This document shows, in pieces, positions 1 to 10,030 of a stretch of 64,000 bases of DNA (its first letter is position 1; the number at the start of each line of letters is the position of its first letter). This DNA is from a virus. Taxonomy: Duplodnaviria > Caudoviricetes. The translations under genes were made by a program, and so were the position numbers. The stretch lies in the IMG/VR virus record IMGVR_UViG_3300021400_000468, positions 36,469 to 100,468 of that record; one strand, 5' to 3'. The notes under the pieces were generated by a model. It did no database searches. It saw nothing but the letters and a program-made list of their open reading frames with translations, and was not told where the DNA came from.

Positions 1-238
1 TCTCTTTGAAATCCCGAAAAACTTCCTCGATTTCGTATGTCCCATCTTCCTGACAGTCAAGAAGAAGTTTGACGGTGTTGTTTTCAAACACCGAATCAGC
101 CAGCTTCTTGTTACACTGGATCGCCTTAACGCCAGTGGCTATCAGAATTTTGGTAGCCTTATCTTCAACATTTGGGAGGACTTCATTTTCCACATAATCC
201 ACAATTCCTTTCAGGAATTGATCTTTTGTAACACGCAT
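1..238 (-). CDS. Hypothetical protein, runs off the left edge
   Basis: ATG at 238 (MRVTKDQFLKGIVDYVENEV...), frame open to position 1. Confidence 0.6.
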   Translation of the reverse strand, partial: MRVTKDQFLKGIVDYVENEVLPNVEDKATKILIATGVKAIQCNKKLADSVFENNTVKLLLDCQEDGTYEIEEVFRDFKE

Positions 239-349
239 ATGTATTGCCCTGAACCTTTCTGTATTTTTACACTTTGACGGAAGGGAGGGACGGCGGTCCC
301 CTCAGAACCGACCGGGAATCGCCGTCCCGTTTTAACTTATGCGGTCAGA

Positions 350-823
350 TCAACCGCCAGTGCCGGTGGTCGTGGTGGTGCCAGCGGCGTCAGTAGGAGG
401 CGTCACAGGAGGATAGGGCGGGAACGGAGGAAACGGTCTCACGGCGGCAGGACCCCATCCGGGAGCAACATGCGCGTTCGGAACGACGAGCTGCGTGATG
501 CTGTAGAGCTGCTGGATCTGCTGAGCCATGAATCCGGTAGTGGCGGTAGCACCCGCGATGTACGCATGAACTTCGGCCAGCTTATTGTCCGTGTTCTGGT
601 TCGCCTTCAGCAGAACGATCTCATCATCCTTCCTCGCGCTCTCCCGGATCAGCTCCATCTCATATCTGGTGACAGGACGATCACCGGAATCCGCAGACTG
701 CGCCTTGGGGCCGACACCGAGAATCCCGGCAAGCCCACCAGCGCCGTTGATTGCGCCGAGCGCAGTTCCGATAATACCGGTAGTCAGACCGGCATTGGCA
801 ACGCCTCTGCTTGCATATTCCAT
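350..823 (-). CDS. Hypothetical phage protein (Gly-rich hydrophobic N-terminus, Pro/Thr-rich tail)
   Basis: 157-aa ORF with AAGGAGG RBS. Confidence 0.7.
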   Translation of the reverse strand: MEYASRGVANAGLTTGIIGTALGAINGAGGLAGILGVGPKAQSADSGDRPVTRYEMELIRESARKDDEIVLLKANQNTDNKLAEVHAYIAGATATTGFMAQQIQQLYSITQLVVPNAHVAPGWGPAAVRPFPPFPPYPPVTPPTDAAGTTTTTGTGG

Positions 824-931
824 TTTATAGTCCTCCTTGATAAAAGAATTTGGAATATCATGGTTTGCTCTCTATTCTTGGAACTGATATCGCGAGTACA
901 GATCCTCAAACTTCGAGTATAGCGGATATAT

Positions 932-965
932 AAAAGCGCACCGGTGATCGGTCGATGCGCTTTTA
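932..965. terminator. Intrinsic terminator-like hairpin downstream of the RBP gene
   Basis: aaaagcgca...tgcgctttt inverted repeat. Confidence 0.6.
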
Positions 966-981
966 TTCAGGGATTAAGATT

Positions 982-1005
982 GCCTCACGGGGAGGCGGGG
1001 GGGGG
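982..1005 (-). other. GC-rich tract and hairpin just after the C-terminal variable repeat (DGR IMH/hairpin-like)
   Basis: gcctc-acggg-gaggc stem at 982-996 and a G9 run, within 35 nt of the stop codon. Confidence 0.5.
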
Positions 1006-1015
1006 AGCGCGAAGA

Positions 1016-1135
1016 TTAAGTACAGAAGCCGAGCGCGACCCCGTAGCTGACGTTCGCAGTGTTGAAGTCGTAGCCGCCGCTGGTGGTGACCCTAGCGAAG
1101 CCAGTCGCAGAGAAGGCGGAGCGGGTCCACCAGTT
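1016..1135 (-). repeat. DGR-type variable repeat (terminal)
   Basis: WWTRSA...GVALGFCT; variable codons mostly NNC/NNT, as expected from AAY template codons. Confidence 0.65.
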
Positions 1136-4100
1136 AGACGCGGACGCAGACCCCAGCTTGCTCTTCTTTCGTAAAGTGCCGGATGAAAACAGCCCGGTGT
1201 ACTCCACTCCTGTGGTCTCGTACATGGAACCGAAGACTTCTCTGCCGGAAGGAATCCAGACGGTATCTGTGGAAGCCGAGTTGTTGACCGCCGTTTCGGA
1301 AGCGTTGTAGATCTTCGTATACTTCGTGACTTCCTTGATGGCGCCCCGGATCACGGCGGGGATACCCGGCAGGATGGTCTCCCGCAGATAGGTCCGCATC
1401 TCGGATTTCTCCCAGCCGCCCAGCGTACCGGTTCCCTCTTTTCCGGAACTCTTTGAGGGATTCATCCGGTGATTGTCCTTCAGCAGATACTTGGAGACCC
1501 AGGCGATCTTGGCTTTTCCGCTACCGTCAGCCAGCGGGTCGGCGTTGTCTCCCATGGCGGCGATCTGCATTCTCACAGGCTCGCCGTCGAGGTACATCAC
1601 CTTAGTATCGCCAAGGCTGTACTTCGTACTGTATGTCCCGTCTTCTTCTGCCGCAAGGATGTCAGACCAACTGTCCGTGATCTCATGCTCTTCAACAGAA
1701 GCACCGAGACAGAAGCCGAGGCAGACTCCTCTCGTGAAAGACGCAAAGCTGCTGTTATCGCCGCCAGCTGCGCTCACACTCCTAAAGTACTTCACTGCAC
1801 TCGCGGAGCGCAGCCACCATTCGACGGCGCTGGTACTTTCGACGATACACTTCTTACGGGAAGCGTTATCCTTGAAGGCAAGGCTGTAAACCGGCCCGAG
1901 CGTCTCATAGGAAGTACCGAAGCCAATTTCATGGTTGGAAGGAATCCAGAGGTCATCTGTACTCACAATGTTCTTCTTAACTCCGCCATTGTAGTGACAA
2001 GAATACTTTGTGACAGGCTTGATCGCCGACTTCACATCGTCTGGAATAAGGCCGTAGATTGTGCTGTTGAGATACGTTCTCATTGCCGAGGCTGCCCAGC
2101 CTCCAGAGGTGGTGTCGGAGGAATTCATGTTGTGCTTCGTCTTCAGCAATTCCTTGCCGATCATCGTAATCGGAGCTTTCCCGGAACCGTCCGCCATGTC
2201 GTCCTCATTCATCGCCACGATCTGCATATTGATGGTGCCTTCCGTTCCGAGATCAAGCGGCTTGTAGTTGCCGAGCTTATACTTGGTCTTGTAAGTTCCA
2301 TTGTCGATGTTCGCAAGGATGGTCGCCCAATCGTCCGTGATTTCCACATCCTCAAAGGCTGACTCAAACGCCGCATACACTGTCTTGTTCGCCGTGATAT
2401 TCTTCAGAATATCCGGATCTGCAACACTCTGCCCACTCGAAGCTGCCCAGCCGAGGAACTCCAGCGACTCATCTTCACTGCTCACGGGCGTCTCTCCGGT
2501 ATATACTGCCGTTCCTCCTTCCAAAACGGAAACGGTCTGGAGCAGAGTCGAGCCATTGTAGAAATACACGTTGTACTTCGGCGTGTAAGTCGCGGTATAG
2601 GTTGCATTCCCCATCACCGTTGTAACCGTAGGAGTCCATCCACGGAAGGCTCCGCCGCTGGTATCCGGGTTCTGCGGCGTGGACCCGTTGTACTTCGGCG
2701 TGGACCCGTAGGCAACACCGGTGTCCGTTTCCAGAACAGTTCCGTTGCTGTTCTTCCACGTCACGGTGTAGGTCCGGACGGTCGCGGTGTAGGCCGCATA
2801 CACATTCCGGTCGGTGGTCACGGCCTTTGTCGCGTTCGCGTCAGCCGCAGTCGCGTTTTTGTTCTTGTTCCAACCAACGAAGGTGTAGCTGTACTGCGCC
2901 GTCGCGGTCCGTTCGGGAGTTCCGGCATAGGTTCCGTTCCCGCCGTCCACGATCTCTTCCGTGTGCAGAAGCTCCGTGCCGTCGTAGTTGTAGTAGCGCA
3001 GATCGCAGGTGATATGCTGATACTCGATATTGATGTTCGGATACCGGGACTTCTTATCCGCCAGCCAAGCGCCGGTAATGGAATCCAGCCCCGTGATCGT
3101 TCCGGAAACGACCGCTTTATCAAGGTTTCCGCCCGATTCATCCAAACCACGCATCGTGTCAAGATGATCGTAGAACGCATCCACTTCCTCAGTCGTGGTC
3201 ATCACAGCGGCAAAGCCGAGGATTCTCACACGGCTGTTCGCGGGGATCTCTGCCAGAATATCCTCAACCGGAATTCCGGGGCAGTTCTCCACGCGCAGGG
3301 TCGTGATGTTCTCATAGTCCGGCATGACGAAGGACGTGATACCGGGCTGATTCCTCACCGTCAGGTTGGTCACGGTTTCCGGAAGGTGCAGGGTTTTCAG
3401 AATACCGCCGTTCGGGAGGGCAACACCGGTGACGGCAGTTCCTTCCAGAAGAACGGTTTCGATGTTCGCCGCACCCGACAGGTCCACCGTACCGACAAGG
3501 GACGTGCAGTTCCGGGCATCCACACTCCCCAACAGGGGATTCGTGCCAACGCTCAAACCGGTCAGGTTCTGGTTTGTGTACCCCGCCGCATCGGAGCCAA
3601 CCTTGATGGACTGGAGCTTCGTCGCCTTGGAGAAGTCGGCAAAGCCCACCTTCAGCCCGGAAAGATCGCCCACCGAGGCAAGCTGTGAAGCGGAGTAGAT
3701 ATAGATTTCAGTATCATTCACGTTGTCGAGGGGGCACGCCAGCGTCTGCGGAACGCCGTGCTTTCCTCTTGCCTGAACCGGAACGGAGCCGTACTTGATG
3801 GTCGGATAGATGTCCGCGTAGGGCGTGACCGTGATATCGGCCTTGGCATAACCTCTGAGCTGGATCACGTCAGACAAAGCGTCTCCCGCGTTCCACTTGG
3901 AATCCATATACCGGAACCGATTGTACAGCCACCACTTCCGCTGCTCGGCCTTGGAACCCTGAAGCATAGGCAGGTAAACAGCAGTCGGAGCCTTGCCGGG
4001 ATCGGGATTCACCAGAGGATCCAGATACTTAAACTGTGCATCCTCGTTGAAGATCGCCTCCGGCCATTTTGCCTGATGGTCGGTGAACCGGGCGGAAACC

Positions 4101-7100
4101 GTGGCGTAGGACAGAATACCGGCAGAACGGAGATTCTTGTACATCTGCGCGATTTCCGGGCCGAATGCGTCTCTCAGGTTGCACCACAGGACGGAGTTCT
4201 GTCCATTGAACACATCCGCACCACCCGCCAGATGGTCGGTGTCCTCAAGACCGTAATCAAACACCAGCGACCCTTCGTTGTTCGTGCCGATGGCTGTATC
4301 CATGTCGTAGGGCTCCGCCACGGCCTTCCGGTCGAGGTGTTCAAGCCCGGATGTCGCCTCACCCGAGAAGCCGATGAACAGGTTCTTGGCCCGGGAGTCC
4401 ACCATGAGGAACAGCTCCGTGAAGATGTAGTAGAAGATGAACGAATCCACTTCCGCATACTTGCCGAACTCATGATGGAAGCGGGATAGACGGTATTCCG
4501 CCGTATCCTTGGTGTAGGTTACATCCTCCGTCACAAGCCGCTCCACATAGTCCACGGCTCCGGTTTCCGGATCCACCACCTCATCATAGACGGTATGGGT
4601 CTCCTGATAGGTCACGGGCGTTTCCAGATCATTCCCCGTCGCTCCGGCCCGGTAGGTCGAGAAGACGAAGGACTGGAACTCCTGAAGTTTGGAATAGTCC
4701 ACCCATTCGTCGGACGGGAAACGGGCTTCATAGTCGTACCGCCATGCGGCCTTGACCTCTCCGGTGGAGGGATCAGCCTGAGGTGCCTCGGAGAAATAGT
4801 CGCTCAAGAAAAGCATGAGGTTGGATGTGTTGTTCTGGAACTCCCATGACTCCATATCTCCGCTGTACCCATAGGGGCCGGGAGCGCGTTTCGGCAGGTT
4901 GAAGTTATACTTGCCCATGAACTGCTCAGAGCCGTCCGCAGGATTGCGCCAGAACAGAACAATCGGGAAGCCGTAGATACCCTTTCTGACCTTGGCATTC
5001 GACAGTTCTTCGGGGCGTTTGTACGGGTCGGCGTCGCAGAACAGCTTCACCAGCTCCACGTTGTTTGCGGATTCCGAGGACGCCACATCCGCTTTCAGAA
5101 CGAAACGGTTGAAGGGGATGATACCGGGGGCCAGCTCGTAGTTGTCCGCCTCCGTACCTCCGGGCATGACGAAGCCGCCCTTGAACTGCATATCGTAGTT
5201 CTTCCGGGCATACGGAGCGGAGGAAGTACCCTGAACGTTGGCCTGACAGCCGGTAGCCGTGAAGGACCGGGCCGGGGTCACGGGATCGGTGTATTCCACG
5301 GAGACGGACTTTTTGTCACCTTTGTACTGCGGCAGTTCTTCCGCCTCGATGATCATGAACGGCAGATCATTCGGGAGCTTGGAGATAACCACTCGCCCGT
5401 ATTCATCAAACACATCGTTGTGGGCGTGGCGGGCCAGCATCGCCGTAATGTTCTGGGTGTCCGCGATCCAGTTCCCGACGATCTGGAACCGGGTCAGGTT
5501 GTTGTCGTAAATCCGGATATTGTACAGATCGGTGGTGCAGGTATTCGCTCCGACCGAAATGTTTACCGGGTTCTGCTGAGAGAAGTCATCATCATCCGGG
5601 TACTCCACAACTCCGGACATAATGCCGTTGATGTAGATATACAGCAGACGATTTTCTGTTCTCTTCTCCGCCACAAACGCGATCCGGACGTGCTCGTCTT
5701 CCTTGTACTGCGTGGAGATTTCAGACCGTTCGGATTTCAGCGTCGCCCGCTGGGAGGTAAGCCGGAAGCCCCGGTTCCCGCTGAAACAGGATACCAGAAT
5801 GGCGTCATAATCCAGCACGTCCCGGGTTGCAAACTCGAATTCGAGGGTCTTGCCGGTAGACCGGAAATCTTTCTCGAAGGGCTTGTACGGGATCGTGACG
5901 CGGGCATCCCCGGAGACCCGGAGAACGGTGTTGCCGTCCTTGTCCGCCACCCAGCCGTTTGAGACGAAGTTGAACCCGCTGAGCGTGCAGGAGATGTTTC
6001 GCTCCTCATCCCTCCAGATTTCCGGATGCTCTTCGTTGTTGGACCGTCCCTGACTGGACAGGCGCAGGGCAAGGGAATCTTCCTCCGGCTCCACGTCGAT
6101 GTCGGACTGCTCCACGTCGATCACGAAATGAACGACAGCCGTTCCGCTCCGGATGTACAGGTCCAGCTCCCCGTATCCGTCGCAGCGGTAGTTCCACGTT
6201 TGCTCCGTCCGGTCCACGGTCAGGTCGGTGATCTTTGTGTTCCCGGCATACAGGCTGACCACGGAAGTCAGGCTTCCCGGTGTGTAGACGCGGTACGGGA
6301 TGAACAGGGTTTCGTACTGGACGGCCTCGGAGGTCCGGAACGCGGAAGCGATGATCGGCGCGGTCGAATCCCCGACAACCACCATATCGAAGTACAGGGT
6401 GTTGGAGGAAACTTCCTCGCCGTCAATGTCCGCCGTGAACCAGACCTTCAAGCTGTGCGCCCCGTGCTCCATAGCCGGTAGGCTGAAGCTCTGCTGTCTG
6501 CCGGAAGCCGCCACAACCTGCGTCCCGACCTCGGTCCCGTCCACCACAAAATGCGTGGTCTTGGAGACGGAGCCGTAAGGCGTGTAGGTGAAAACCACAG
6601 CCTCCCCCGCCGTGAACTCCGACACCGTGGAGAACGAGCTGGTCAACTTCAGATCAACGGACTTGATCGTGAAATTGATGCTCTTCGTATTCTCATACAC
6701 ATCGGTGACGGAGACCTTTACCTTGTTGGAACCGGTCGCCAGAATATCCTTGATATTGACGCGGACGATTCCCTGCGAAATGTCCAGCGTCCGCTTCAAC
6801 ACATTGTTGACCCGGATGGTCAGGATGCCCGCGCCGGTCTCCATCTCATTTTCCAGAGACGACCAGTCGATGGAAATGTAGCAGTCCGCGCCGGTGCTGA
6901 TCGTGTGGGCCAGCCAGCCGGTCATGTTGGTCACGGTCAGGATGGCATTATTGCCGGAACCCCCACCACCGCCACCGCCGCCCCCGGCGATGTAAACGGG
7001 ATCCACCACGTCTTCCCCATTCTTGTAAAAATGGAGCATCCGGGTCTCTTCGTCCATGACCACCTCATCAAAGGCGGTGGTGGAAAACTCTTCCCAAGAG

Positions 7101-7267
7101 TACACGCCGTCTTCACTGTAGGTACACTTCCAGAAGATGCCGGTATTGGAGTTGTAGTAGAACTGACCCAGATTGCCCTCGGTCTCGGAAGTGGGATCCT
7201 CCTCGCCGACGATGTGGGTCTCCATGTTGTACTCAACTCCGTTAATCCGCAGTTTCTTGTAGTACAT
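1016..7267 (-). CDS. Large tail/receptor-binding protein (LamG-like, CotH-like region, LRR-like repeats, InlB-B-like repeats, two C-terminal DUF6273-like domains)
   Basis: 2083 aa after the baseplate genes; YTVTW/FxGW repeats; two WWxRSA...GVxLGFC motifs. Confidence 0.8.
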   Translation of the reverse strand: MYYKKLRINGVEYNMETHIVGEEDPTSETEGNLGQFYYNSNTGIFWKCTYSEDGVYSWEEFSTTAFDEVVMDEETRMLHFYKNGEDVVDPVYIAGGGGGGGGGSGNNAILTVTNMTGWLAHTISTGADCYISIDWSSLENEMETGAGILTIRVNNVLKRTLDISQGIVRVNIKDILATGSNKVKVSVTDVYENTKSINFTIKSVDLKLTSSFSTVSEFTAGEAVVFTYTPYGSVSKTTHFVVDGTEVGTQVVAASGRQQSFSLPAMEHGAHSLKVWFTADIDGEEVSSNTLYFDMVVVGDSTAPIIASAFRTSEAVQYETLFIPYRVYTPGSLTSVVSLYAGNTKITDLTVDRTEQTWNYRCDGYGELDLYIRSGTAVVHFVIDVEQSDIDVEPEEDSLALRLSSQGRSNNEEHPEIWRDEERNISCTLSGFNFVSNGWVADKDGNTVLRVSGDARVTIPYKPFEKDFRSTGKTLEFEFATRDVLDYDAILVSCFSGNRGFRLTSQRATLKSERSEISTQYKEDEHVRIAFVAEKRTENRLLYIYINGIMSGVVEYPDDDDFSQQNPVNISVGANTCTTDLYNIRIYDNNLTRFQIVGNWIADTQNITAMLARHAHNDVFDEYGRVVISKLPNDLPFMIIEAEELPQYKGDKKSVSVEYTDPVTPARSFTATGCQANVQGTSSAPYARKNYDMQFKGGFVMPGGTEADNYELAPGIIPFNRFVLKADVASSESANNVELVKLFCDADPYKRPEELSNAKVRKGIYGFPIVLFWRNPADGSEQFMGKYNFNLPKRAPGPYGYSGDMESWEFQNNTSNLMLFLSDYFSEAPQADPSTGEVKAAWRYDYEARFPSDEWVDYSKLQEFQSFVFSTYRAGATGNDLETPVTYQETHTVYDEVVDPETGAVDYVERLVTEDVTYTKDTAEYRLSRFHHEFGKYAEVDSFIFYYIFTELFLMVDSRAKNLFIGFSGEATSGLEHLDRKAVAEPYDMDTAIGTNNEGSLVFDYGLEDTDHLAGGADVFNGQNSVLWCNLRDAFGPEIAQMYKNLRSAGILSYATVSARFTDHQAKWPEAIFNEDAQFKYLDPLVNPDPGKAPTAVYLPMLQGSKAEQRKWWLYNRFRYMDSKWNAGDALSDVIQLRGYAKADITVTPYADIYPTIKYGSVPVQARGKHGVPQTLACPLDNVNDTEIYIYSASQLASVGDLSGLKVGFADFSKATKLQSIKVGSDAAGYTNQNLTGLSVGTNPLLGSVDARNCTSLVGTVDLSGAANIETVLLEGTAVTGVALPNGGILKTLHLPETVTNLTVRNQPGITSFVMPDYENITTLRVENCPGIPVEDILAEIPANSRVRILGFAAVMTTTEEVDAFYDHLDTMRGLDESGGNLDKAVVSGTITGLDSITGAWLADKKSRYPNINIEYQHITCDLRYYNYDGTELLHTEEIVDGGNGTYAGTPERTATAQYSYTFVGWNKNKNATAADANATKAVTTDRNVYAAYTATVRTYTVTWKNSNGTVLETDTGVAYGSTPKYNGSTPQNPDTSGGAFRGWTPTVTTVMGNATYTATYTPKYNVYFYNGSTLLQTVSVLEGGTAVYTGETPVSSEDESLEFLGWAASSGQSVADPDILKNITANKTVYAAFESAFEDVEITDDWATILANIDNGTYKTKYKLGNYKPLDLGTEGTINMQIVAMNEDDMADGSGKAPITMIGKELLKTKHNMNSSDTTSGGWAASAMRTYLNSTIYGLIPDDVKSAIKPVTKYSCHYNGGVKKNIVSTDDLWIPSNHEIGFGTSYETLGPVYSLAFKDNASRKKCIVESTSAVEWWLRSASAVKYFRSVSAAGGDNSSFASFTRGVCLGFCLGASVEEHEITDSWSDILAAEEDGTYSTKYSLGDTKVMYLDGEPVRMQIAAMGDNADPLADGSGKAKIAWVSKYLLKDNHRMNPSKSSGKEGTGTLGGWEKSEMRTYLRETILPGIPAVIRGAIKEVTKYTKIYNASETAVNNSASTDTVWIPSGREVFGSMYETTGVEYTGLFSSGTLRKKSKLGSASASNWWTRSAFSATGFARVTTSGGYDFNTANVSYGVALGFCT
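1705..1822 (-). repeat. Second DGR-type variable repeat (internal)
   Basis: WWLRSA...GVCLGFCL, same length and anchors as the terminal copy. Confidence 0.5.
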
Positions 7268-7277
7268 TCAAACCTCC

Positions 7278-9251
7278 TTATGCGCTTACCTCGGTGAAGG
7301 TTCCTTGAACGGAAGAAATGAATCCCCCTTCATTCCCAACTTTCTGAGCTTGAACTTTGAAATTAAACTTATTACCGCTCTTATTACTCGGGATCGTGGC
7401 AATAAACAAATAGTGCCCCCCAAGAAGTTCTTCATTCAACTTGCCAGAACACTTCTTTTTTCTGCCACCAATACCAGACTCAGTTATAACTCCATCTTCA
7501 GAGGTTGGGACGCAACTTTCCCAATGCTCTCCGTTGTCGGCTGTGACCAAAACCGCAGTAATTCCTCCAGCGGGTATATTCCCACAGATCGAAACCACAG
7601 CCTTATCGATGTTTCTGGCGGACGTGATAGCCTCGGCCATCGTAATCAGACAAGCCCCGACATTCTTCAAAAAGGTAAAGGTTCTGGAAACCGTTACAGC
7701 CCCATCAGAAACAGAAATCGTGATCGAGTGGGAACCATTCAGAACCTTATTCCAGTAGGAAGTAGAAGGGGCGGATCCTGTACGGAAATCGAACGTGTAG
7801 TTCTGATTCCGGACAGCGTTGTTGATGGTCTTCTTTACGACGCCATCCATGATTTCCTTGACGGTCAGGGTATCGGCGGCATTTTCATCGTTCACCTGAT
7901 AGGTAAAGCTGAAAGCCTCGCTCTTTGTGCCGAGATCTTCACCATCAGCATGTGAACATGTGATCGTAGGAATGACGTTGGCAGATACGGCCTTTGTATT
8001 TGCAGTCAGATAACCGGAAGCAGCGCCATGTACATCTACCGCTTTAACGCGGTAGGTTACAGTGTTCCAACTTCCGACGGCATCCGTATAATTCCTTGAA
8101 GTGCCTCTGTAAATCTCCGTGTAGGAGGTCAGGTTATCCACGGACCGCTCAAGGACATACTCAAATTCATCCTCGTCCTCATCCGTGGACTGGCCCCAAG
8201 AAATAACCGCCTGAATGCCGGTGGTCAACGAGGCCGGGGTAACAGTAATCGGGGAGGCTGGGACCGTCGGAGCGTGATTGTTGGTGACTGTAATATCGCC
8301 AGAAGCAGGGGCGAACCTATAACCGGACTGAGCATCGTAGGTATCATAGGCACACACGCGATAACGAACGCGGGAAGTACCGGCTATCAGGGTGTCCGTA
8401 GTATTAAGAGCGGTGCCCTTATAGACTTGGGTCCAGCGTTCACCGCCGTCAATGGAACGCTGAAGGATATATCCGGCAAGGTTTCCATCCGGGTCGGAAG
8501 ACGTGCCCCAGCTTACAGGAAAAGAAGAACCTGCAGCGATTTCTTCCGGGACAGTCAAAGAAGCGGGAATTGACGGCGCGGCGTTGGCGACAACGGTCTT
8601 TGTGGCGGTGACGGCGTAGTCGCTGTAGGTCCCATCGGACACGTCATACCGCCAGAAAACCTGACCACCATTGTAATTTGGCGGAATAGTGTCTGAAATT
8701 GTCCCGTCGCTGGTAACGCCGCTCTGGATCGTGGTGTCCGTCAACGCGGACGCTCCCGCCGCCATGTAATACCGTTTGACCGTACCGGTGATCGGGGATC
8801 CTCCGGTGACCGTACACCGCAGGGAAACCGCGCCTCCCGCATAGATGGAGGAAGACAGAAGGGAGATGCCGCAAGAGGGGGCTTCGTGGATCGTTGCGCC
8901 GGAATAGGTGTCCGTAGTGACGGCTCTCGCGGTTCCCCCGGAACCCCCAATGAATTCGAAAGTCCAAAGGAACGTCACGGTTCCGGACGTTTTTTGCGCA
9001 AACCAGGATCCACTGAAACGTATATCTTTTTCTGTTGAATCCCCTTTTCCCCAGTAAAATTGCTCAGGCGACGTTCCTTCGTGGTCATAGACTTTCAACA
9101 CGGCCCTGATCGGATATGCCCCGGAATTCCACTCAATCAGGTTTGCGTAAGCGGTCCAAATGATTCTGTCGCCGGACGGAACGACGGACGTGGTAATATC
9201 GTATTTTGCGTGGTCATAGCCTGCTCTTACGGTTATAATTTGATTAGCCAA
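7278..9251 (-). CDS. Tail protein with fibronectin type III/Ig-like repeats
   Basis: Repeated NxAPxxP...W..S.D.D...Y.L.RS...YRVxAxD units. Confidence 0.75.
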   Translation of the reverse strand: MANQIITVRAGYDHAKYDITTSVVPSGDRIIWTAYANLIEWNSGAYPIRAVLKVYDHEGTSPEQFYWGKGDSTEKDIRFSGSWFAQKTSGTVTFLWTFEFIGGSGGTARAVTTDTYSGATIHEAPSCGISLLSSSIYAGGAVSLRCTVTGGSPITGTVKRYYMAAGASALTDTTIQSGVTSDGTISDTIPPNYNGGQVFWRYDVSDGTYSDYAVTATKTVVANAAPSIPASLTVPEEIAAGSSFPVSWGTSSDPDGNLAGYILQRSIDGGERWTQVYKGTALNTTDTLIAGTSRVRYRVCAYDTYDAQSGYRFAPASGDITVTNNHAPTVPASPITVTPASLTTGIQAVISWGQSTDEDEDEFEYVLERSVDNLTSYTEIYRGTSRNYTDAVGSWNTVTYRVKAVDVHGAASGYLTANTKAVSANVIPTITCSHADGEDLGTKSEAFSFTYQVNDENAADTLTVKEIMDGVVKKTINNAVRNQNYTFDFRTGSAPSTSYWNKVLNGSHSITISVSDGAVTVSRTFTFLKNVGACLITMAEAITSARNIDKAVVSICGNIPAGGITAVLVTADNGEHWESCVPTSEDGVITESGIGGRKKKCSGKLNEELLGGHYLFIATIPSNKSGNKFNFKVQAQKVGNEGGFISSVQGTFTEVSA

Positions 9252-9268
9252 TCCTCACACCTCCTCCA

Positions 9269-10024
9269 TCAGAATTCGATCCGGCACAGGAAATCATTCC
9301 AGTTCCCGGTAACATCCACCCCATCGAGCGTTGCGAACGTCACGATGTACTCATTCTCATAGCCAACATGATCATCGGAGGTGAGGTCGGAAAGTTCCTC
9401 CATAGCCTCGGCAAGGGCAAGGCGGGGATAGACTTTCAGATTCAGGATTCTCTCCATCTCCGAATGGGCTTCAGGATCCCGGTTGTGGGCCGCGATCTTC
9501 TCATCAATCTCAGCCAGAACCAGAGGCTTGATGATCAGGTTGTAATATTCCGCAAGGTCCTCGGCGGTCAGCCAGAGGTCAGTCTTGTAATCGACCACCA
9601 TACCAACATCTTCCCCAATGGCAATGGCGACCGGGAAGCGGCGAACATCCACGCCTCTTGCGGAATTGAAGGGGGCAACATACTGCGGGTAGTCGCCCAG
9701 CGTACCGTAGGCGATCATGACCTCTCCAACAACGGGATCCATGGCCCAGACGCCGAACTCATTCAAGAAGAAACCGCTTTCCAAACCACCGTTCAAGCTG
9801 TTGTTGTATTCGATGGTCATATACGCAATGCCATCTTTGCACTTCGGTTCATCCGACGTGGCCTGAGCGACCGTGTTGTACAGCTCCGTCACGGAGGACA
9901 ACCTGATTCCGTCGGGGATTCTGCCAGAGCCGACCATGATCTTTGTCAGGTGCATAGTCTGTCCGGTAAGCAGACGCGCTATCAGATAACGCCCCGCATC
10001 GGTTACAGCGAATCCATAATCCAT
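9269..10024 (-). CDS. Tail fibre proximal/collar protein
   Basis: TDAGR..IA, GSG and F.LNEFGVWA.DP motifs; follows the baseplate wall gene. Confidence 0.7.
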   Translation of the reverse strand: MDYGFAVTDAGRYLIARLLTGQTMHLTKIMVGSGRIPDGIRLSSVTELYNTVAQATSDEPKCKDGIAYMTIEYNNSLNGGLESGFFLNEFGVWAMDPVVGEVMIAYGTLGDYPQYVAPFNSARGVDVRRFPVAIAIGEDVGMVVDYKTDLWLTAEDLAEYYNLIIKPLVLAEIDEKIAAHNRDPEAHSEMERILNLKVYPRLALAEAMEELSDLTSDDHVGYENEYIVTFATLDGVDVTGNWNDFLCRIEF

Positions 10025-10030
10025 TTATCC

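Noticed and set aside
1-1015. Complete DGR cassette (TR/avd/RT) downstream of the target gene
   Set aside because: No AAC-rich template copy or RT motifs in this interval or elsewhere in the window
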